IMG/VR virus record: IMGVR_UViG_3300033067_002337
Location: 1-36,259 of that record
Source of the DNA: a virus
Lineage: Duplodnaviria; Caudoviricetes
Reading direction: 5' to 3' (one strand)
DNA length: 36,259 nucleotides
The notes under the pieces: generated by a model
Databases searched by the model: none
Seen by the model: the letters and a program-made list of their open reading frames with translations, nothing else
Told to the model about the DNA's origin: nothing
Position numbers and translations under genes: made by a program
In this document: piece after piece, positions 1 through 8,476 of the stretch
How the letters are laid out: every line of letters starts with the position of its first letter
Position numbering within the stretch: position 1 is the stretch's first letter

Positions 1-1293
1 GAAATCACTGCAAATCCTAATGCAAAAGGTCGAGGCGCACATGTCAGTACTGTATTTGATTCAATGTATGTTGTCGCCGGGAATGTCGTGGTTCGTTACG
101 ACCATAATCTAGTTCCATCATTTATCGGGGTGCTAACAACTGCATCTGGACCCGTGTATATTGCTGAAAATAACGCTGGGCAAATTGCGTTTTCTGATAT
201 GGTTAATATTTATATTTATGACCAAAATACGTTCACCTTTTCCATAGCAACCATTGATTTTGTTCCGGGGTTTCTTTCATTCCAAAATACTTATTTTATT
301 TGCGCTACAAATACCTCTACTTGGCGATTATCTGAGCAAAATAATGGATTGTCTTGGCCTTCTGATACAGAATTTGAAGGTCAACTACAAACAAAGCCAG
401 ATACAACCCAAGCCATCGTTCCCATGCCAGGGCGTGGAAACATGGCTTTTGTTTTTGGTAATACAGTAGGTGAGCAATGGACATTTACAGGGCAAGCGCT
501 TTTCCCTTATTCACGAAATAGCTCTTTTAACTTGGATTACGGCTGCATTAATCCGGAATCAATCGCTTATCAAGGCAATTACATTGTTTGGGTGGGCATT
601 AGCGAAGAAGCAGGCCCAGTCATCATGTATACAACGGGTGGCGATATTAAAGAAGTCTCAACAGATGGCATTGATTATTTATTATCAACGTTGACAGCCC
701 CTGAAGATTGCAGTGGATTTATCATCAAACTAGATGGTCATTTGTTCTATCAAGTCACGTTTAAGACAGATAATATTACATTGGCGCTTGATTTAGGCAA
801 CGAAACGTTCTTTACGATTACCGATGAAAACATGAACTATCATCCGGCGCGTAAAATCGTTTATTTCAATAACACGTATTATTTTGTAAGTTACAATGAT
901 TCTAATCTTTATGAGTTTGGCACGAAATACACCAGTTACAATTATGAAAATTCGCAAGAAGAAATACCTAGAGTTCGCATCTGTTCGCCAATAAGACTAC
1001 CTAATCAACGCCCTCTGATATACAAAAGTCTTGGATTTACTATTGAACAAGGGCAGCCCAACCCTGAAATATATCCAGATGTCTATCAGATGCAGGTATT
1101 ATTGGGTATTTCTCGTGATGGTGGCGAGACCTTTGGTAATAACGCATCCATGAATATGAACCCGACCGCGCAGAGAAAATCTCGTTTCTTATTTCAAAGA
1201 CTGGGGCGCGCGAATGATTTTACTGCGAGATTGCAGTTTGTTGGGTTTTCGAGGTTTGTCGTTGGAGACGGGATCGTAGAATGCTACTTATAA
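1..1293 (+). CDS. P22 gp10-like packaged-DNA stabilization / tail hub protein (3' part; gene starts at 36068 across the circular junction)
   Basis: Frame 1 is open from position 1 to TAA 1293 and joins in frame to ORF 36068-36259. Beta-rich, with C-terminal 'ISRDGGETFG...FQRLGRA' typical of gp10-like proteins. Follows the gp4-like gene. Confidence 0.85.
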   Translation, partial: EITANPNAKGRGAHVSTVFDSMYVVAGNVVVRYDHNLVPSFIGVLTTASGPVYIAENNAGQIAFSDMVNIYIYDQNTFTFSIATIDFVPGFLSFQNTYFICATNTSTWRLSEQNNGLSWPSDTEFEGQLQTKPDTTQAIVPMPGRGNMAFVFGNTVGEQWTFTGQALFPYSRNSSFNLDYGCINPESIAYQGNYIVWVGISEEAGPVIMYTTGGDIKEVSTDGIDYLLSTLTAPEDCSGFIIKLDGHLFYQVTFKTDNITLALDLGNETFFTITDENMNYHPARKIVYFNNTYYFVSYNDSNLYEFGTKYTSYNYENSQEEIPRVRICSPIRLPNQRPLIYKSLGFTIEQGQPNPEIYPDVYQMQVLLGISRDGGETFGNNASMNMNPTAQRKSRFLFQRLGRANDFTARLQFVGFSRFVVGDGIVECYL

Positions 1294-1303
1294 AAACAAT
1301 GTG

Positions 1304-1909
1304 CTAAATATGTTTCCATTTCTTTCTTTTTTTTATATTACTTATTGTCATAACATGAACATTGTATTCATTCGCTAAATCTTTTCCTTTTTCGCCTTTA
1401 TTTAATCGTTCTCTAATTTCTAAAACTTGATACTCAATTAATTTTGAAAAATTATGCCGAGAGCCATTTTGATTTCTGTTTCTACCTTTTTTAGATCTAT
1501 CAATTGAATTTTCTTTATGCGTTCCTAGAAACAAATGGTCAGGATTGACACAAGAAGGATTATCACATTTATGACATACACATAAATTTTCTGGTATATC
1601 ACCATAATAATATATCCATGATAATCGATGCGCCATTTTATCTTTATAATTAATCCTTAATCGACCATATCCTTGTTTATTTTTACATCCAATCCATATC
1701 CAACAATTATGGGGATGATTATCTTTAGAAATATAAGAAAAAAATCGCTCATATGGAGAATAAAATACATTTTTCCGTTTCAAATTTTTTGATATTATTA
1801 ATCTATATTTTGTCGAACAAGATTGAGAGCAAAATTTTCCGTTGCCACGTTTTATTTCAGAAACAAATGTTTTAAATTCATTTTCACAAAATAAACAATT
1901 TTTAATCAT
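1304..1909 (-). CDS. Free-standing HNH homing endonuclease (N-terminal Cys4 zinc finger, C-terminal HTH)
   Basis: Motifs CWIWIG..GYG, AHRLSW, VCHKCDNPSCVNPDHLFLGTHKEN; N-terminal CLFC...FCSQSC; RBS GGAG upstream. Confidence 0.92.
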   Translation of the reverse strand: MIKNCLFCENEFKTFVSEIKRGNGKFCSQSCSTKYRLIISKNLKRKNVFYSPYERFFSYISKDNHPHNCWIWIGCKNKQGYGRLRINYKDKMAHRLSWIYYYGDIPENLCVCHKCDNPSCVNPDHLFLGTHKENSIDRSKKGRNRNQNGSRHNFSKLIEYQVLEIRERLNKGEKGKDLANEYNVHVMTISNIKKRKKWKHI

Positions 1910-1988
1910 TTCTAATCTCCAGAAGGTCAGCTAAAGCAAATCGATCAGTTAGTTGCTGATTTTTCGTGCTGGGTCTTCTATATTTGCG

Positions 1989-2021
1989 GTATAATTATAC
2001 TAATATTTGTGTTAAGGACAA
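1989..2021 (-). promoter_or_regulatory. Putative sigma70 promoter for the HNH gene, with a palindromic -10
   Basis: Minus strand TTGTCC-16-TATAAT. GTATAATTATAC (1989-2000) is a perfect palindrome giving TATAAT on both strands. Confidence 0.45.
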
Positions 2022-2024
2022 TGC

Positions 2025-2357
2025 ATGAACATTCCTGATTTGCCAGTGAGTCAGATGACCACCGCAGATGGATATCCAACTTCAGAAGAAAATCAGTTCA
2101 GGCAAAATTTGATTCAAGCCTTACAGTTAGGTGCGAGCGAAGAAGGATTGGTTGCGCCAACACAAAGCCAAGCTAATATGCTTGTCATACAAAACAACCA
2201 AAATGCTCAAGGTCAATTTACATGCGCCTTGGGCACGATTTTATATGTAATACCAGACCCAAATGATTATACTCAAGATAAGGTAATGATAGCGGTTAGA
2301 AACGACAACACATATCCCAATACCGCTCCCTTATTCAAAACAGTGACGTTGACTTAA
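2025..2357 (+). CDS. Virion-associated hypothetical protein (position of P22 gp26/gp14)
   Basis: 110 aa, RBS AAGGA, lies between the gp10-like gene and the ejection genes. Confidence 0.55.
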   Translation: MNIPDLPVSQMTTADGYPTSEENQFRQNLIQALQLGASEEGLVAPTQSQANMLVIQNNQNAQGQFTCALGTILYVIPDPNDYTQDKVMIAVRNDNTYPNTAPLFKTVTLT

Positions 2358-2366
2358 GGAGCTATT

Positions 2367-2990
2367 ATGTCATGGTTAAGCGAATGGATAGGCGGCGGTA
2401 AAAATCCCGCTGATGAGGCAAACAAATATTTAGAGAGAATTCCTGGGCAAACTAAACCCTATTACGACCCATATATTCAACAGGGACAAGATGCCAATAA
2501 ACTTCTTATGGAGCAATATGGGAATCTAATCAATGACCCCAATGCTTTATACAATAAATTTAGCGAAGGCTATCAAGAATCTCCAGGTTATCAAACTCGA
2601 TTGCAAGCCGCTTTAAGAGGTGCGGGTAATGCCGCTGCGGCTGGTGGCATGGCAGGCTCTTTAGAGCACCAACAACACTCCGCTGAAAAAGCGATGGACT
2701 TATCCAGCAAGGATTTTGAAGATTATTTAAATCATATTCTTGGTTTATATGGCACAGGATTACAAGGTGAGCAGGGTCTTGGAGAGCAGGGATTCAAAGC
2801 ATCCACGGGCTATGGTGATATGTTAGCCAACTTATTAAGTAGCCAAGCACAGTATGGTTATGCAGGACAAGCCGGGAAAAATGCGAATCAGGCGAATTTG
2901 ATGAATAATATTTTCAAGTTTGGCACTTCATTTTTGCCTAACATGAATAACAGTAATTTAAATCTTCTACCAAATCGGTCTTACGGTTAA
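2367..2990 (+). CDS. DNA ejection/pilot protein, P22 gp7-like
   Basis: Gly/Ala/Gln-rich, 'YQESPGYQ..LQ....GNAAAAGG' motif, first of three ejection-type genes; RBS AAGGAG. Confidence 0.75.
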   Translation: MSWLSEWIGGGKNPADEANKYLERIPGQTKPYYDPYIQQGQDANKLLMEQYGNLINDPNALYNKFSEGYQESPGYQTRLQAALRGAGNAAAAGGMAGSLEHQQHSAEKAMDLSSKDFEDYLNHILGLYGTGLQGEQGLGEQGFKASTGYGDMLANLLSSQAQYGYAGQAGKNANQANLMNNIFKFGTSFLPNMNNSNLNLLPNRSYG

Positions 2991-2999
2991 GGATAAATC

Positions 3000-4214
3000 A
3001 TGGCTGCAGATATTAAAGGAGTTCCATTTAAATTAAGTGCTGCTGACATGGGCGGTCTTGGCGGTTTTGATTTAGGTGAAGCAATACGCTCGGGACTGGA
3101 GAATGCTAATTTGTATCAGGAGGCAAAGTACAAGCCGCAAGCTCTTGCTAATAAGAACTACTCCGAGCAATTGGCAAATAAGATTAATGAGGCTAAGGCT
3201 AAGTATGCCGCTGAAAAAGAATTGGCTAATTTGAAGTATACTCAGGCTGGTACTGGTAATCTTGGTGCGCAAGAAGCTTTGCATCGCGGCCAATTAGGTC
3301 TATTGCCTTTTGAAAAACAATTACGGATAGCTCAAGCACAACAAGCAATAGCTAATGCTCAAAAATCAGGTGTTTTAGGTAATTTATATAATAGTGTCAT
3401 GAATGGTGGGTTAGTTGGTGGAAATAGCCAAGGAATGCAAAATAATTATGCCGATAAATTACAAAATAAAGCAGGGAATGGCTCTCCTCAGCAAGGCGGA
3501 ATGGATAGAGCAAATCTTGTTGCTGGATTATTGCATTTGCCTGTAAGTAATCAAGTTGTTAATGGACAATTAATTACGAATAACCCGTTAACCGGTATTT
3601 CATCAACCAAGGTTGGCCCATCAGCAGAAGAAACCGCTTTTGCCACTGGAATGGGTAAAGGAAAAGCAGAAGAATATAATAATGCGGTTAACATTTATAA
3701 TGGTCTACAAAACCAAGGATTGGCATTGGATGAGTTAGCGAATGCCGCTGAAAATAATCCTGACTTTAGAAATGTTACTGGGAGAATTAACCAACCATTG
3801 ACTAATTGGTTTGGAACTCCAGAACAACAACAATTATTAGGTCAGTTACAGTCTTCATCAGGTGAAATAGCATTGCAAGTTGCTCCTTCCTTAAAAGGTG
3901 CATTTACGGGGAGAGACCAAGCCTTAATTAATAGCATTAAAGCATCGCCAAATGATTTCCCTGATGTATTTATAGGAAAATTAAAAGCTCAAAAACTTAT
4001 AAATGATGTCTTATCAGAACGATCTCGGTTAAAAGCAGATTATTTAGAGCAAGGTAAGTCTTCGCTTGAGGCTTCGCGTTTAGCCGTAAAAGATACTCCT
4101 TTAGACAAGTTTAAGCCTCAAGTGGATGCATTGATCAAGCGTAGAGAGCCTTTAACTGCCGATCAATTACAACTTGCTAAAGCAGAATTAGCTAAAAGAA
4201 GAGGAGCGCAATAA
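3000..4214 (+). CDS. DNA ejection protein (gp20 position)
   Basis: 404 aa, helical A/G/Q/N-rich, no Cys; synteny with P22 7-20-16. Confidence 0.6.
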   Translation: MAADIKGVPFKLSAADMGGLGGFDLGEAIRSGLENANLYQEAKYKPQALANKNYSEQLANKINEAKAKYAAEKELANLKYTQAGTGNLGAQEALHRGQLGLLPFEKQLRIAQAQQAIANAQKSGVLGNLYNSVMNGGLVGGNSQGMQNNYADKLQNKAGNGSPQQGGMDRANLVAGLLHLPVSNQVVNGQLITNNPLTGISSTKVGPSAEETAFATGMGKGKAEEYNNAVNIYNGLQNQGLALDELANAAENNPDFRNVTGRINQPLTNWFGTPEQQQLLGQLQSSSGEIALQVAPSLKGAFTGRDQALINSIKASPNDFPDVFIGKLKAQKLINDVLSERSRLKADYLEQGKSSLEASRLAVKDTPLDKFKPQVDALIKRREPLTADQLQLAKAELAKRRGAQ

Positions 4215-4215
4215 T

Positions 4216-5391
4216 ATGGATTTTTCTAAAATGTCTACTGAGGAATTAGAGCATTTGATTTCTCAAAATGAAAAACCGGAATCTTCTTCTTGGTTACAGA
4301 AAGCAGGAAATGCTGCAGGTAAATTTAATCAATTTATAGAATCGACTCGATTACCAGCATTTGCTGGAGGGTTGCTTCAGGGGGCTGGAGATATCGGCGC
4401 TTCACTGGGAAATGTTATTGCAAAACCTTTAGGGCATGAAATACCTCATCCAGATTTGGCTCAATATATCGATAAATCACCAGCAACTCGAATTGCTTTT
4501 GGCGCTGGTGAATTAGGTGCTCAAATACCTGCATATAGTACGGGCGCTGGGTTATTAAGTAAGCTCGGTTTAACGGCCGAAGCCGGATTAAGTGGTAAGT
4601 TGGCTCAAGGATTAGCATCTGGCGCATTACTTGGCGAAAATAAAGAGGGAAGCAGGATAGAGGGCGCATTAACAGGCGCGGCTGTCCCATTAGCGGGTGC
4701 AGCATTCAAAGGCTTATCAAAATTAAAATCCAAAAATATTGCAGAAAATGTATTAAGTGGACTTAACAAAGCAAAAAAAGAAGCAGCAACCCAATTCAGT
4801 ACGGTTTTTAAAGAAGCAGAAAAAAGAGGAGTAAGCGGACTTAATCCTATTTCTGCTAATATGCGCGTATTAAAAAAGAACGGGAATCCTAAATATTTAG
4901 ACTCTTTAGAAGAGTTTAATAAGCGTCCTACTTTAGCTAATGCTCATGATGCGCAAAGTGATTTAGCGAAATATGCTCGATTAATTAAAAATGCTCCAAA
5001 ACACTCTTTAGAAAGAAAGGCCAAAGATGAGGCAAATTATTTATCTGAGCAATTAAGAGCTGGCATCATGAGTAATTTTCATAAAAGTGGTAATTCAGAT
5101 TTAAGTTTAAAATATAATGAGGCTCGTCAATTTTATAAAGATGCTGTTGGCCCATATTTAAAAAGCAAATCAATAAAATCACTACAGTCAGGTGAGATAA
5201 GGCCTAAAAATTTTGCTAATAAAATTCAAGAAGAAGAAGATTTTATGTCTAAACTCGGTCAGCATGAGCATCCGGAGATTGAATATAGAAGAAAATTAAA
5301 TAAAGCATTAGGAAATAAATATTTACAATATGGAGTTGGTTCCGGATTGGGTGGATTAGGATTATACGAGTTAGAAAGGCTGCTTAAATAA
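4216..5391 (+). CDS. DNA ejection protein (gp16 position)
   Basis: 391 aa, 'MDFSKMSTEEL' N-terminus, Gly/Ala-rich hydrophobic middle, basic C-terminal half; synteny. Confidence 0.6.
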   Translation: MDFSKMSTEELEHLISQNEKPESSSWLQKAGNAAGKFNQFIESTRLPAFAGGLLQGAGDIGASLGNVIAKPLGHEIPHPDLAQYIDKSPATRIAFGAGELGAQIPAYSTGAGLLSKLGLTAEAGLSGKLAQGLASGALLGENKEGSRIEGALTGAAVPLAGAAFKGLSKLKSKNIAENVLSGLNKAKKEAATQFSTVFKEAEKRGVSGLNPISANMRVLKKNGNPKYLDSLEEFNKRPTLANAHDAQSDLAKYARLIKNAPKHSLERKAKDEANYLSEQLRAGIMSNFHKSGNSDLSLKYNEARQFYKDAVGPYLKSKSIKSLQSGEIRPKNFANKIQEEEDFMSKLGQHEHPEIEYRRKLNKALGNKYLQYGVGSGLGGLGLYELERLLK

Positions 5392-5396
5392 ATTAA

Positions 5397-5453
5397 TTAG
5401 GCAGCAATATAACTTAATACAAGAATTACCATGCATGTTATAAAAAACCACAT
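5397..5453 (-). CDS. 18-aa hydrophobic microprotein MWFFITCMVILVLSYIAA
   Basis: Hand-translated. RBS GGAG 6 nt before ATG; upstream minus-strand promoter TTGAAG-17-TATAAT (5510-5482). Confidence 0.55.
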   Translation of the reverse strand: MWFFITCMVILVLSYIAA

Positions 5454-5481
5454 ATTTTTCTCCATTGTTATAAAAAAGCAG

Positions 5482-5526
5482 ATTATAAATTAAATATTAA
5501 AATGCTTCAATAATCTGAAGTATGAT
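5482..5526. promoter_or_regulatory. Divergent promoter region with palindrome CTTCA-N6-TGAAG
   Basis: Leftward TTGAAG(5510-5505)-17-TATAAT(5487-5482); rightward -10-like TATGAT 5521-5526; palindrome 5505-5520. Confidence 0.5.
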
Positions 5527-5554
5527 TAATTAATATTCACACATAGAGATAGAC

Positions 5555-5617
5555 ATGGCTTTTTTTATTTTACTTGGCTTGGTTTTTTGGCTTGCTTGGA
5601 ATGATTGGATAGATTAA
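5555..5617 (+). CDS. 20-aa hydrophobic microprotein MAFFILLGLVFWLAWNDWID
   Basis: Hand-translated; single TM-like segment with acidic tail; weak RBS (AGAG). Confidence 0.5.
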   Translation: MAFFILLGLVFWLAWNDWID

Positions 5618-5718
5618 AACCAAAAAAACTTACAAACACAACATGTAGTACGGAATTTAATGCGCACCAACTAAAATTACGGTAAAATATAGAGCATTGG
5701 CCAGTAAATGGATTTAAT

Positions 5719-7905
5719 ATGTCGCTCAATGCTGCCGTGATTATGCCTCCCTTGCAACAATGTCTATTTGATAAGACTTTGGACACTTTTTTATCCGAGG
5801 GAAAGGTGTACTTTTGGGAAGATGAAAACCGAACTGTTCCAAAAAATGTCTATCAATTAACAGGCTCTGGCCCAGGCTCATATACTTATACATCATTAGG
5901 CGCAGTGCTGACATTATCAGGTATTGGCTCATTTATTGATGGCTCTGGTGGTAATATCGCTGTATATCTATGGCCTTTCACTGGAAGTCCTAATGATAAT
6001 CCGCCTTCTCAGACTGTTCAAAACTACTATATAACCGTATATAGCAGTACCAATGTATTTCAATTTGATATTCCAAATTGGCCTGGCATAGAAGCATCAT
6101 CCGCAGGTGTTAATGATGCTGATACTACAGAAAACATATTATCTAACTCACAATTTAGTGATGTTTCATTTAGTTCGACTGCAATTAGTACCGGCACTGC
6201 TATTTCTTATAGCACTACTGGAACAAATACTGCGACACAAATAGCACCAGATTGGTATGTAGTTACTACGGGAACCGGTAGTTTTAGCATTTATCAACAA
6301 CAAATTACTGATGATACGGCTCCAGGAAATCCTGCCTATGCGATTGGCATTACTTCTACAGGATATAGTCAGCCTATTCAATTAAGACAGAGATTAACTT
6401 CTCCTAGATTATTTGCAGGACAATATGTCTCTGGGACATTTATTGCTGAAGCAACAGATGGTGGAACTTATACAGTTACAATGAATTATACGCCATCGAT
6501 TACTGGAACAATTCAGCAAATATGTACAGGCTCTACAGTACCCGGCGGATTTGTCACAATTGCAAACAATCCACCAATACAAATTACCGACCCTGGAATA
6601 GGGACTGGTTATGTAGATATAACTATTGTTATTCCAGTATCAGCCCCAGTACAAATATCATGCGTCCAGTTATGCGGTGTTTCAAATAACGCTGAAGTTG
6701 TTAGCTATTTGCAGCAGTCTCCACAACGAGAAACTGACCATTTATTTAATTACTATAGTCCTTTGTTGCAATTTAAACCAACAGCAAGTTACCTGGTTGG
6801 ATGGGATTTTCCTTTAAACCCCGCTCAGTTTTTTTATTCTGGAACTGCATTAGCTGTAGGTTCGAATAAATCTTATTATATTTGGGACCAGACCATATTA
6901 TTTCAAAGCGTTAATAGTGGAATTACAACTGCCGCTGATACTCAAACAGATGGACTGTCATTAACGGCTGCAGCAACAGGTCAAATGGCAGTAATTCAAT
7001 ATCTTGATGGCAGCAAGATGAAAGATTTGATGATACAGGCGATTCAAGGTTTAAGTGTTGCAATAAGATGTTCTAGCTCAGTAGCGCAAAAGTTAAATGT
7101 AACGTTATGGTGGACAAATAACACAGCTAATATCCCTACCATGACAGTTGATGGTACGACAAAAGTGACTTCTGGAGCTTCTGTTGTTTCTTCTTTAGAT
7201 GCAGATGGACGTCCTTCAGTTGCCGCAGGATGGACAGAAATCAAATGCCAGAATCTTAGTTCCTTAATCAAAACCAATAATACCAATACCATAGGTGACT
7301 ATGGTTGTTTTGGATTTGTTGATACAACTGGCGTTGCTTATAAAACAGCAGCTGCATTTGCAATCGTTGTTGGCACTAATTCTGTAACAAATGGAAATAA
7401 TATTGTATTTAATAATATTTCTTTAACACCGGGTAATAATCCTACTATCCCTGCCGCTCAGACTGTGGATGAGGTTTTGAGAGAGTGCCAGTATTATTAT
7501 GAAACGAGTTATTTGCCTGGTGTTACTCCTGGTACAGCTTCGACAAACACAAGTTTTAATAATTTACAAGGTGAAACTACAACTAATGCAATATCAACAA
7601 GTTTTGGCACAATATTTCGTTCAGTTAAGCGCAATAATATGCAAGTCAATGCAAATCAATTATTGATATACGATCCTGTTGCTGGAGGGTCTTCCGGTAA
7701 TTTTAATACTTTTAAAGCATTCGACTCTTCAAATGTACCGAGATCTCTTGCCACATTTTTTAGAACAGATGGCATTACCAATATAGATAAAAATGGATAT
7801 ATGTATATATGCAAAACAAACACTGCATATGGGTCGGGAGGCGACAACACTTTAGTGCTAACTTGGCATTATACAGCTGATGCGCGCCTAGGCGTCTTTA
7901 CTTAA
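5719..7905 (+). CDS. Tail spike / tail fibre protein with N-terminal virion-binding domain
   Basis: 728 aa, Thr/Ser-rich beta. N-terminus 'FLSEGKVYFWED....PKNVY' resembles podovirus particle-binding domains; 'EVLRECQYYYETSY' is a common tail-fibre motif; position of P22 gene 9. Confidence 0.8.
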   Translation: MSLNAAVIMPPLQQCLFDKTLDTFLSEGKVYFWEDENRTVPKNVYQLTGSGPGSYTYTSLGAVLTLSGIGSFIDGSGGNIAVYLWPFTGSPNDNPPSQTVQNYYITVYSSTNVFQFDIPNWPGIEASSAGVNDADTTENILSNSQFSDVSFSSTAISTGTAISYSTTGTNTATQIAPDWYVVTTGTGSFSIYQQQITDDTAPGNPAYAIGITSTGYSQPIQLRQRLTSPRLFAGQYVSGTFIAEATDGGTYTVTMNYTPSITGTIQQICTGSTVPGGFVTIANNPPIQITDPGIGTGYVDITIVIPVSAPVQISCVQLCGVSNNAEVVSYLQQSPQRETDHLFNYYSPLLQFKPTASYLVGWDFPLNPAQFFYSGTALAVGSNKSYYIWDQTILFQSVNSGITTAADTQTDGLSLTAAATGQMAVIQYLDGSKMKDLMIQAIQGLSVAIRCSSSVAQKLNVTLWWTNNTANIPTMTVDGTTKVTSGASVVSSLDADGRPSVAAGWTEIKCQNLSSLIKTNNTNTIGDYGCFGFVDTTGVAYKTAAAFAIVVGTNSVTNGNNIVFNNISLTPGNNPTIPAAQTVDEVLRECQYYYETSYLPGVTPGTASTNTSFNNLQGETTTNAISTSFGTIFRSVKRNNMQVNANQLLIYDPVAGGSSGNFNTFKAFDSSNVPRSLATFFRTDGITNIDKNGYMYICKTNTAYGSGGDNTLVLTWHYTADARLGVFT

Positions 7906-7916
7906 AAGGATTGAAC

Positions 7917-8279
7917 ATGTCGACAAAACTTTGCATGACAAGAGACATCAATGGATACAACGCATTTGGCGTTATTCCGACTTACGATGTCTACGCAGGT
8001 GGCTTAGCCGCCAATACCGAACAGCATTTCACTGTTCCTAGCAACAATGAATATTGGTTGGCAATATTTACTTTTTCACCTGGTTTTAATATTTGGGTTG
8101 ATTTTTCCGGGACTGCCACTGTTCCATCCACTACTGTAGGACGCGTTAATACGGTGCTTAATCCAGCAGGTAGACAAGTAAAAGGTGGGAGCGTTATTAG
8201 TTTAATTACTGCAGATGCTGGAGTTCCTTGGTTTTGCATCGAACTACAAGTAATTAACAACTATGCGAGTTTAACATAA
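7917..8279 (+). CDS. Small beta-rich virion/tail accessory protein
   Basis: RBS AAAGGA favours ATG 7917; lies within the tail operon. Confidence 0.55.
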   Translation: MSTKLCMTRDINGYNAFGVIPTYDVYAGGLAANTEQHFTVPSNNEYWLAIFTFSPGFNIWVDFSGTATVPSTTVGRVNTVLNPAGRQVKGGSVISLITADAGVPWFCIELQVINNYASLT

Positions 8280-8464
8280 TGGGACCATTAAATAATCCAT
8301 TGGGTCATAACCTTACACAAGAGAACGATCCATTGATTAATAGTCCATTTGATACAAGCTTTTCAGAAAGCTTTTTGTCACCGCCACCACCATTTGGGTT
8401 TTTTCTATGGCTAGATAATACGATTTTCACTTTATTGGACGGTGAAGATTTGACGTTGCTATAA
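8279..8464 (+). CDS. Small tail-operon protein, Pro-rich with C-terminal 'LLDGEDLTLL'
   Basis: 61 aa, TAATG-coupled to the upstream gene. Confidence 0.55.
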   Translation: MGPLNNPLGHNLTQENDPLINSPFDTSFSESFLSPPPPFGFFLWLDNTIFTLLDGEDLTLL

Positions 8465-8476
8465 ACAAGGAAAATT

